Below, piece by piece: positions 26,276 through 34,029 of a stretch of DNA of 64,000 nt; the first letter of the stretch is position 1, and each line of letters opens with the position of its first letter. The DNA is taken from IMG/VR virus record IMGVR_UViG_3300029319_000003, positions 32,001-96,000 of that record; one strand, written 5' to 3'. The notes beneath the pieces were generated by a model. That model searched no databases and was not told the DNA's origin. It saw only the letters and a program-made list of their open reading frames with translations. A program made the position numbers and the translations under genes. This DNA comes from a virus.

Positions 26276-29200
26276 TAACTGCCAAATATAACATTGTTCT
26301 TCTTGTTCATGGCAACCTCGACGGCGCGGGCAAACTCTCTCTCATTGAGGACCATAACAATTTCTTTGTTACTTTCGCTTGATGCCGTCATTGCTTTTGC
26401 ACTGGACTCAAGAGCACGCAAGAAGGGGTCGAACATTGGCCACCTCATGTCATCTTGAATCTCTTCATAGCGCTGTGCCTGATCAACCAATTGCATTGTA
26501 TTATCAACAACTTGTGGAGTGACCTTGACCCCGGCGTCTGCAAGTTTTTCCCAAGAATCGGCATAAACACCGAATGTAATCATCTTCTTCGTCGGCATCA
26601 TCCATAGCGCCCACGCCATCGACCAAATTGCACTCGATAGCATCCAAATTCCAGCCGCCATGCGGAACAATGGAGACTCGGCTATCGTCTGGAACAATTC
26701 CATAAGTTGCTCCATCACATCCATACTGTTTCGCAACTGCTCAAGCGCTTGATGGAAAACTAAGGTGGCTTCGCCCACTCTCTCCATAGAAAATACAAAC
26801 ATATTGAATGCCCACGAACTCTTTGCAATCATCAGCAACGCCAAGTTAAGCGGGAACATGGCATAAGCAATTTTGCGAAGACCCTTCGCAGTCTTCTTCA
26901 TGTTGGTCATGTTTGATAGCGCGGTAAAGATAACGCCTAACGCGGCACCTGTTTCGGGAGGGATTTTAGCAAATGCATCTGCAAGCATATTAATAACTCT
27001 TCCGAGAGAGCGAACACCCTTACTAAAGCCGGGAACCAGCGCTGCGAGTCCGAAAGCGATGAGCCCTGCTCCAAGAACCATCAGAGCCGGTCCTAACATT
27101 AGCAACCCAAGGGCGATTGCGGGCATTGATGACGCAATCGGTCCTAACAGCACCAGCAGGTTTACAAGTTGAGTCAGGGCACTCCCGCCGAGTGTCATGC
27201 CGAGGAAGATAAAAATCATCGCAATAAAAAACAAGACTGCTGCTGGAAGTAAGAATAGTGACCCGATAAAGAAGAAGAAAGCCCCGAACATCAACAATGG
27301 TCCCGCGAGCGCTATAGCCAGTGCAAACGGAATAAGAAGTCCGGTAACAGTTGCAAGAGAAGAACCTCCTAGCATGTTAATTGCCACAGCGAATATTAAG
27401 AATGCGACGGCAGCAATCATCATCGCAACGCCAAGGAAGATCAGCGCCTGCGCCATTATTATCATTGCTGTTGCGGCAACGGGTGCAATCGGAGCCAGAG
27501 CAGCGAAGATCATAATCAACCCTGCCACAACAAGACCCAAAAACAATAATGCCAGCGCAGCCAAGAATGCCTGACCGGGGGTTTGCATCAAAAGCCAAAT
27601 AAGGACAACAAACGACACCACAATCACGATCACGGCAAGAGCAACCATTGCAATCGCAATAGCCAGCGCGATAGCGGCTAACGCCACAAAGATAACAATC
27701 GGAAGAGCCGCATACAACACGGCAGTAAGAGCACCGAACGCAGGAGTTGCACCAGCAGAGGCTACACCTGCGGCTGTCGTTCCAGCAGCAGAGCCACCCA
27801 TCGCTACACCAAAGAAGGTCGCCACACCGGCGGCAATTCCCTTAATAGTCGTTATGACCCCCATGATCATTGCATATGCTTTTGACACCACGGTCAATGT
27901 AATAAAAATACCTACAAGAATACCGAACGCGGTAACGAGGAAATCCGCAACTGGACCCATGCTCAAAAAGCCATCCAACAGAAAGTGGATTCCCGAAACT
28001 AGCGGCTCGACTGCTACTGCCAACATTCCCATGATTGCATGCATTTTATCCATCATGGTTGCCGTTGCCGCTGTCGCTTCTGCAAGTTGTTCTTCGCTAA
28101 CTGCTGCTTCCTCCGCTGCTGCTTGTGCTTCTTGCACCCCGCTAGCACCGGTAGCAAATAATTTTTGTGCCTCTGCCATGTCGGTGATGCCAGCGGCATT
28201 AGCAAGAGCCTTTTGTTCGAACCTATCCATTGAATCCCAAGACTTGCCTGATGCAGCAACTCCGTCGAGGATCATCTGAATTCTTTCGTCTTCCGAGGCG
28301 TTCAACAGATCCATTGAGTTGAGAAGATCGCCGCCGAGGACAGCGTTCAGTTGCCCTGCGGCTTGTGCCGCACCTTCGAACGTATCCATGCCCTCGGTTA
28401 TTGCAATCAAAGACTGGACTTCCAATCCGGTAGCCTTTGCTGTTGCTGCAAGTTTCTTAAACACAGCCGGCGCATCTTTACCATATTTTGCCAAGGTCGG
28501 CATTGCCGCTTCAAAACCAGCCGCCATTTCAGCAGGGGCAATTCCTAGACCAATTGCTGTTCTAGCCAAATCGCTGTTGACAGCCATCGCTTCGTTTGCC
28601 GTCATTCCCATGCCAGTCACAAACTGGTTATTAAGATTTGCGGTTGTCTGGGTTGAAACACCAAGACGATCCAATGCCGCTGCTTGACCGGCGACCGCTG
28701 CTTGGGCTTCGGCTGGCAATCCAGAAAATGCTGCCATGCCACTTTGCAAAGATGCAACCGCTGCACCGGCTTCTGCCATGTTTACACCGAACTGTCTGGT
28801 ATCTGCCTGAACGTCCATCATGACGCCCCGCATTGAGTGACCTTGACCCGTTGCAGCAGCAAGAGAGGCACCTGCTTGATCGACCTCCAGAACCATCATC
28901 ATCGTGGACTGGACAATCTTTGTGCCGATGCTGTAAAGAATGTCGGCTGGGTTTAGCGCTTCTTTAATGCCATCTGTAACAGCACCCCAGCCACCTTCTG
29001 TGGCGAAAACCTGACCTAAATAAGAGTCCTGCCAACTTGAAAGCCCAAGAGCGCCTTGCAGCGTTTTTTTCGATGCGGCGGTGATCCGATCTTGAGCATC
29101 CATCTGCTCATTTTGCTTGTCAAGAATCTCTTCCTGCTTTTGAAGAGTCTTTTCTAATTCTGCATTATAAGTGCCTGCTGCCTGTGCAGCCGCACGAATG

Positions 29201-29442
29201 TTGGCAATCTCAGTTGCTCGCAGATCATTTTGGGCACGTTGTTTATCACGCCCGTCATCCATAAGATCAACAAGGATCTGCTCATTAGCAACGGATTCCT
29301 GTTGAGCAGAGATCGTGTCCCGAATGGCTTGGGCTTTTGCCTTTGCTTTATCAGTACCTTCCTGCTCTAATTGATTAATCCGCTCAAGAATTGCTTCATA
29401 TTCTTCTGCAAGTGCTGGATCTGGTCCATTTCCCTCTGACAT
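26275..29442 (-). CDS. Tape measure protein
   Basis: 1055 aa, Ala-rich and helical, with a long hydrophobic middle section; position upstream of baseplate genes. Confidence 0.85.
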   Translation of the reverse strand: MSEGNGPDPALAEEYEAILERINQLEQEGTDKAKAKAQAIRDTISAQQESVANEQILVDLMDDGRDKQRAQNDLRATEIANIRAAAQAAGTYNAELEKTLQKQEEILDKQNEQMDAQDRITAASKKTLQGALGLSSWQDSYLGQVFATEGGWGAVTDGIKEALNPADILYSIGTKIVQSTMMMVLEVDQAGASLAAATGQGHSMRGVMMDVQADTRQFGVNMAEAGAAVASLQSGMAAFSGLPAEAQAAVAGQAAALDRLGVSTQTTANLNNQFVTGMGMTANEAMAVNSDLARTAIGLGIAPAEMAAGFEAAMPTLAKYGKDAPAVFKKLAATAKATGLEVQSLIAITEGMDTFEGAAQAAGQLNAVLGGDLLNSMDLLNASEDERIQMILDGVAASGKSWDSMDRFEQKALANAAGITDMAEAQKLFATGASGVQEAQAAAEEAAVSEEQLAEATAATATMMDKMHAIMGMLAVAVEPLVSGIHFLLDGFLSMGPVADFLVTAFGILVGIFITLTVVSKAYAMIMGVITTIKGIAAGVATFFGVAMGGSAAGTTAAGVASAGATPAFGALTAVLYAALPIVIFVALAAIALAIAIAMVALAVIVIVVSFVVLIWLLMQTPGQAFLAALALLFLGLVVAGLIMIFAALAPIAPVAATAMIIMAQALIFLGVAMMIAAVAFLIFAVAINMLGGSSLATVTGLLIPFALAIALAGPLLMFGAFFFFIGSLFLLPAAVLFFIAMIFIFLGMTLGGSALTQLVNLLVLLGPIASSMPAIALGLLMLGPALMVLGAGLIAFGLAALVPGFSKGVRSLGRVINMLADAFAKIPPETGAALGVIFTALSNMTNMKKTAKGLRKIAYAMFPLNLALLMIAKSSWAFNMFVFSMERVGEATLVFHQALEQLRNSMDVMEQLMELFQTIAESPLFRMAAGIWMLSSAIWSMAWALWMMPTKKMITFGVYADSWEKLADAGVKVTPQVVDNTMQLVDQAQRYEEIQDDMRWPMFDPFLRALESSAKAMTASSESNKEIVMVLNEREFARAVEVAMNKKNNVIFGS

Positions 29443-29463
29443 GGATGGCGGGCTCCCTTAAAA

Positions 29464-29799
29464 CTAATCTTTAAATGGCCACTTCAGACCCGTAGTCCTT
29501 TCGAACTTACTAATTGACTTATTTAATTTAAACTTGTTCTTGTATGTCCTTGGATCGTTAAGACCATATTTTGCGGCTGACTTCATGTACTTCTTCTCGC
29601 CGCTGAGTGCTCTAGCGAAAGACGAAACTTCACGCTTACTACCCTTTACACGAACAGGAATTGCCGAACCGCCGAACATCGCTTTCATAATAGATTCGAT
29701 GCCAAAGCCAAGCATGCGTAGCCAACTTTCGCTGACCTCGCCTCTTCGGGCAACGCCCAAATCAATCTCAATTGGTGCAATATCATTAGTGTCCTGCAT
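29464..29799 (-). CDS. Hypothetical protein immediately upstream of TMP
   Basis: 111 aa, AGGAGA RBS, ACTACTTA box upstream. Confidence 0.8.
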   Translation of the reverse strand: MQDTNDIAPIEIDLGVARRGEVSESWLRMLGFGIESIMKAMFGGSAIPVRVKGSKREVSSFARALSGEKKYMKSAAKYGLNDPRTYKNKFKLNKSISKFERTTGLKWPFKD

Positions 29800-29835
29800 G
29801 TGGTCTTCTCCTTGAAATATAAAAACGCTTACTCA

Positions 29836-29843
29836 TAAGTAGT
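29836..29843 (-). promoter_or_regulatory. Candidate late promoter ACTACTTA
   Basis: 36 nt upstream of the ATG at 29799. Confidence 0.6.
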
Positions 29844-29899
29844 GCCGAAATCCAAAAGCCGTCACTCGCATTTCACCATCAGAGGCTCAATCGGGCGAT

Positions 29900-30088
29900 T
29901 TATTCGTCTTCGTTTTTCTTGATAATTTCTTTGCAGACCAGTTCAGAGCGCTTGATACTTCTCATTTTTAAAACTTCTTCAATCAGCGTTTCTCGATCTG
30001 TCTCTTCTTTAATTTTTTTAACGGATTCATCCGTGGCATTCCGCAGATATGCCAATATCTTCCAGTTGAGTTTATCCTCATTATTCAT
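29900..30088 (-). CDS. Hypothetical protein
   Basis: 62 aa, GGAGGGA RBS. Confidence 0.6.
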   Translation of the reverse strand: MNNEDKLNWKILAYLRNATDESVKKIKEETDRETLIEEVLKMRSIKRSELVCKEIIKKNEDE

Positions 30089-30123
30089 TGTAGTTTCCCT
30101 CCTACAAAACCTATTCTACAATT

Positions 30124-30354
30124 TTACAGCGCCAGCCATCCTGCGATCCCGAGTATGGATATACCCCCTAATAATGCGGTAATCGCAGTGAACATAAATA
30201 GTTTTTCTGACAGTGAAAGCCTCGGTTTAAAATCTTTTTTCAACATTTCGCGAACTAAAGCATCAAACTCTTCATCAGTACCTTCATGAATTGCACTGGC
30301 AACTCTTTTCTCATCCATAATCTTTTGAAGTTCAATGATGTTGTTCTCTTCCAT
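30124..30354 (-). CDS. Small membrane protein
   Basis: 76 aa with C-terminal hydrophobic segment LFMFTAITALLGGISILGIAGWLAL. Confidence 0.65.
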   Translation of the reverse strand: MEENNIIELQKIMDEKRVASAIHEGTDEEFDALVREMLKKDFKPRLSLSEKLFMFTAITALLGGISILGIAGWLAL

Positions 30355-30357
30355 GTT

Positions 30358-31389
30358 TTAGGCTCCCGTATCCCCTGTGTCTGCGGAGTCGTCGTCATCT
30401 CCATCTTCGACGGGCTCATAATGATATGCAATCTCCACCAAGACATTGGCACCGGGAATTACCGTAAACTCCACGGAGTTGGTGGCTGGATCGAATACCC
30501 AATCCCAGTTCAGCACGCCGTTGTGAAATACCCGAATTGTGTCTTCATGAGAGGGGATGTGTGTAAGATCCCAGTACTCATGAGGCTCAACGGAGTTTGA
30601 CGCATCGGTTACACCGGGTGCCCAATCTTCGTCGCAAATGTCAACAATGACACCTCCAAAGTAATTTGTAGCCTCGATGTATCGGTCACCAATATTAATT
30701 ATGCTTGGCGGGGAGGCACACACGGAGTCTGCCTGCTCTACGTTCACCACGCTGGCAACAAACGCAGACCCACCACGAAGAGCGCCAAACCAGTTGGTGA
30801 AGTCTACCACATCGATCATGTAGTCATCGCTTTGCTCCTCTTCATCAGAAACAAAGACAACCAACAGCGCAGCGTCGGGACGCAACCAAGTGCTAGCATA
30901 AGAGTTGTTTTGAATATACTCATATACTGCATCGAACCCTTCTTCACGATGACCAGTGCCCATTGCATTGTACATATCAATGGCGTCAGCAATATCATCG
31001 CCGGGTACCAGCGGGAACTGTGATTCGCCAAGAGCCGCAACGGGGTCGTTGCTCATCATGGCGAGCCGCCAGCCTGATTCTGGCAAGGCATTCATCATCG
31101 CCTCGATGCCCAACAACAAATCAGGCTCGTATTGATACATTGATCCAGATGTGTCGATTACCCATAAAATATCGACGCCATCTACACTTGCTGGCTGGAC
31201 AAAGTGATCCACCCAAATTTCACCATAATCAGTCTCGCCGGGGATCTCGACATATTCAGTCTCACCCGGTACTTCTACATAAACTGTTTCGGTTTCAGCA
31301 TACCTTGCTGTAATTGCATAATCAGAACAGCCTACGACACTCCCTGCAAGCAGGAGCATCGCGACTGCAAGCCTCGCGAATTTGCCCAT
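30358..31389 (-). CDS. vWA-domain lipoprotein
   Basis: Lipobox-like VVGC after a hydrophobic signal; MIDAS DILWVIDTSGSM and LLVVFVSDEEEQS; VEVPGETEY repeats. Confidence 0.8.
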   Translation of the reverse strand: MGKFARLAVAMLLLAGSVVGCSDYAITARYAETETVYVEVPGETEYVEIPGETDYGEIWVDHFVQPASVDGVDILWVIDTSGSMYQYEPDLLLGIEAMMNALPESGWRLAMMSNDPVAALGESQFPLVPGDDIADAIDMYNAMGTGHREEGFDAVYEYIQNNSYASTWLRPDAALLVVFVSDEEEQSDDYMIDVVDFTNWFGALRGGSAFVASVVNVEQADSVCASPPSIINIGDRYIEATNYFGGVIVDICDEDWAPGVTDASNSVEPHEYWDLTHIPSHEDTIRVFHNGVLNWDWVFDPATNSVEFTVIPGANVLVEIAYHYEPVEDGDDDDSADTGDTGA

Positions 31390-31479
31390 TCCATAACTTC
31401 CTCCAGAGACATTGCCCTTGCCTCATTTGTAACTATGAGGAAAAAACACAAATCTCTTAGGAAGTATGAAATAAATATT

Positions 31480-32088
31480 TTATTCGGCTTCGTCTTTTGC
31501 GAGCAGTTCGTCCACCCAGCCTTCAACAAGTTCCTGACTCCACCCGTGGACTCCAGCATGAATGACCATTTCTCGGTCAATAGCAAGAATTGTCGGATAG
31601 CCTGATACTGGGTAACCATCTTCTGCCGAGTAGTCAACAACACTGGAATCGCCCTGCAAAACTGGAGATACGCTGGGGATTCCATAAATGACCGCCCAAT
31701 CTTGCACATCGTGCAGTTCAACTGAACCGCCGGCATGGTCTTGAAGTAAGACCGTAATCCACACCACGCCATCTTCGTTATACTTTGTGACGTGTGAGGC
31801 GACCTGTGATGCCGCCGCTTGGCACGGTCCACACCATACCACCGAAAAGTCTAAAATAATAATTTTTCCGTAGTAGTCGTCATACAAGGACACCATTTCA
31901 TCTGCCTGATCTTTAAAAGAAAAATCACAAGCATGATCTCCAATCTTGCCGCCGCAATCATCCCATGTTATAGGGTTCGGCTCTTCATCTACAACTTCGG
32001 TGTCAACCACCAACTCCGCACCATTTTTACATCCACTGGTACAACCTGCGGTCAACAATGCCATCATTAATATAAGAAAGTTTTTCAT
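31480..32088 (-). CDS. Thioredoxin-fold (TlpA/redoxin) lipoprotein
   Basis: Start 32088 with GGAGGG RBS; lipobox-like TAGC; IILDFSVVWCGPC; GYPTILAIDREM (cis-Pro). Confidence 0.85.
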   Translation of the reverse strand: MKNFLILMMALLTAGCTSGCKNGAELVVDTEVVDEEPNPITWDDCGGKIGDHACDFSFKDQADEMVSLYDDYYGKIIILDFSVVWCGPCQAAASQVASHVTKYNEDGVVWITVLLQDHAGGSVELHDVQDWAVIYGIPSVSPVLQGDSSVVDYSAEDGYPVSGYPTILAIDREMVIHAGVHGWSQELVEGWVDELLAKDEAE

Positions 32089-32123
32089 GTTCTTTCCCTC
32101 CAAAAGTAATTATCAGGCTATTA

Positions 32124-32157
32124 AATAAAAAACCGGAGATGTAAAAACATCTCCGGT
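32124..32157 (-). terminator. Rho-independent terminator
   Basis: Perfect 11-bp stem ACCGGAGATGT / ACATCTCCGGT, 4-nt loop, T tract on the minus strand. Confidence 0.85.
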
Positions 32158-32189
32158 CGAATCCAAGGTTGCCGTCGCTTATCTGGAAG

Positions 32190-32436
32190 TTATGGTTTGG
32201 GCAAACCGCTCGGCATACTTGGCTTACTTGGCTTCGATGGGGAGGACCGGTTTCCGCGACCCTTGTTCATTGCATCTTCTTCTGTCTTAAGTTGTTTTGT
32301 CAATCTCTCAACAAACCACCTTCTTAAACCGACTGGAAGACTGTATGCTTCTGTGAAACTCCACCCACCGTAATATTTCATATAGAAAAACTGTTCGTAA
32401 ACATTTTCTATGTACTTAGGACTTAGGCCAAAAAAA
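32190..32436 (-). CDS. Start-less ORF (gp51 / tail-chaperone-extension-like), probably reached by frameshift
   Basis: FFGLSPKYIENVYEQFFYMKYYGGWSFTEAYSLPVGLRRWFVERL looks protein-like; the upstream in-frame part (MRRWRWRCRLRR) is a shadow of the previous gene and lacks an RBS. Confidence 0.7.
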
Positions 32437-33315
32437 GTCCGTCGTAAACGGCACCTCCATCTCCACCTCCGCATCGCAGTGTACGCAAGCGAAGTTCTGC
32501 TTAAGATCTACGTTAGGCATGAGCGCTTGGTACAGCGTCCGCAGATAACGGGAGTCTGAAGCAGGAAGGTTATCGACGGCTTTGTTGATTGTGCTAGCAT
32601 CTGTGTGTCCCTCAACGGAGACAATCATTCGTCGCAACTGAATAGACAAAGTTGCTTCTGGCATCTTTGACTTCTTCCGCTGCTTAACTGAGTTTTGGAT
32701 TGCTTGCTCGTCTGCACCGGTCATGGCACGAACCTCAAGCGACCAACCAGACTTTGGAAGCGTAATGACATAATTATTTGTTGTGTCGTTAATGCTTACC
32801 CTCTCTAGAATGTCTGGATCCTCGCACACATCCAAATCCAAAGCCGCTTGGATTGGCGCGTCATTCAAGTCGAATGTATACTGCGACTTTTCACCACATG
32901 AAGGGCACTGGACCCCGGTTGTATAATCGGCACCGTAGGCATCGATTCTGGCAGCAACCAAAAGCGCGTTCTTATCGCCAACCAGCATGTCACCCGGTGT
33001 TACCCGACGGTCACAAATAATACTGGAAAGCATACGCTCAATCGCGATACCATTCTTAAGCAAAGAACGAGAAGTTAGAATATCTTCTTCCTTTGCTGTC
33101 ATATGGCGAATTTCCAAAGTGGTTTGTCCTGCGAGCGGATGCTCGGCAGGGTATAGCAAACCCCTTGATGGTAATTCCACATGTTCTGTTGGAGTTACAA
33201 ATGTAAGTCCACCACCACCATCTCCACCGCCACCGGGTGGCTTGCGAGCGGTAAGGGGTGGATCTGAATCGGGGCGTTGCGTACCGCCCATGCGATCCTG
33301 ATTTCTTCTACCCAT
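32416..33315 (-). CDS. gp26-like baseplate hub / tail assembly chaperone
   Basis: PTEHVELPSRG, IRHMTAKEEDILTS, CPSC...CVHC, ends FFWPKS; directly downstream of the tube gene. Confidence 0.8.
   Translation of the reverse strand: MGRRNQDRMGGTQRPDSDPPLTARKPPGGGGDGGGGLTFVTPTEHVELPSRGLLYPAEHPLAGQTTLEIRHMTAKEEDILTSRSLLKNGIAIERMLSSIICDRRVTPGDMLVGDKNALLVAARIDAYGADYTTGVQCPSCGEKSQYTFDLNDAPIQAALDLDVCEDPDILERVSINDTTNNYVITLPKSGWSLEVRAMTGADEQAIQNSVKQRKKSKMPEATLSIQLRRMIVSVEGHTDASTINKAVDNLPASDSRYLRTLYQALMPNVDLKQNFACVHCDAEVEMEVPFTTDFFWPKS
32430..32436 (-). other. Candidate slippery site UUU UUU U
   Basis: GAC TTT TTT TGG CCT AAG TCC TAA in frame 0; the +1 frame reads TTT TTT GGC CTA AGT... for 79 more codons. 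Confidence 0.65.
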
Positions 33316-33356
33316 TAATCACCTCTTTTCTGTTGACAGGTATTTGTCTCTTTAAC

Positions 33357-33385
33357 AATATATCACCATTGTATTGGTATGTTAA
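33357..33385 (-). promoter_or_regulatory. Sigma70-type promoter TTAACA-N17-TATATT upstream of the chaperone gene
   Basis: -35 at 33380-33385, -10 at 33357-33362; same TATATT -10 as the replication-gene promoters. Confidence 0.5.
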
Positions 33386-33393
33386 ACTTTTTT

Positions 33394-33951
33394 TTAGGAT
33401 GAACTGCCCGGTGTGAAGAATGCATTGGTTCCCTGCGTACCGGGTCGGTTAGTCTCAAGGTAAGCCCAATCATAACGGAGTTCGATTTCCACGTCGGTCA
33501 TCTCATCACCATCGTAATCAAGTTCACCATACTTAACATCCTTAATCCATGCGTTCCAAAGCGTCCATGTTTCCACGGCTTCACCGTTTCCATCAATCTG
33601 TTGGATTTGAATTTGTCCAAGAGCGGTCGTAGCCTTTGCCTTAGACATGGTGTCCAGTGCGTCTGCGCTAAGAGCGGGAGAGTAGCCGGAACTGCGGATA
33701 ATTTGAGTTACAGTTGCGGCGGCATCGGGATCAACTGGGTCTGCCAGAGTCAAAGAAATTGTATTCCACTCAACTCTACCGGGATACCAGTAGGTGTGGT
33801 TAATATATTTATGTGATGTTTCAGATACCGTGTATGAAGGCTTTGCCACCTTCTTAAGTGTCCATGAAGGAATATGATCGTTAACCAAGATCCAGCGGTA
33901 CTGTCTCTTTGGATCTTTCATGCCTTCAGCAGCGTCAGACCAGAATGCCAT
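33394..33951 (-). CDS. Tail tube protein (gp19-like)
   Basis: DPKRQYRW, WYPGRVEWNTISLTLADPV, ETWTLWNAWI..VKYGELDY...VEIELRYDWA. Confidence 0.9.
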   Translation of the reverse strand: MAFWSDAAEGMKDPKRQYRWILVNDHIPSWTLKKVAKPSYTVSETSHKYINHTYWYPGRVEWNTISLTLADPVDPDAAATVTQIIRSSGYSPALSADALDTMSKAKATTALGQIQIQQIDGNGEAVETWTLWNAWIKDVKYGELDYDGDEMTDVEIELRYDWAYLETNRPGTQGTNAFFTPGSSS

Positions 33952-33989
33952 TGTTTGTGTTCTCCCTTACAAGCGTTTCGCTATATCAT

Positions 33990-33997
33990 TAAGTAGT
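33990..33997 (-). promoter_or_regulatory. Candidate late promoter ACTACTTA, preceded by a GC hairpin at about 33998-34020
   Basis: 38 nt upstream of the tube ATG. Confidence 0.6.
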
Positions 33998-34029
33998 GAG
34001 GCGCAATACTTTACGCCCCCATATTTTTA

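Noticed and set aside
32437-32474. MRRWRWRCRLRR N-terminus given for the 94-aa ORF
   Set aside because: Off-frame reading of the chaperone codons with no RBS; frameshift entry explains the ORF better.
33333-33361. Plus-strand TTGACA-N17-CAATAT possible antisense promoter
   Set aside because: Poor -10 element and no downstream plus-strand feature.
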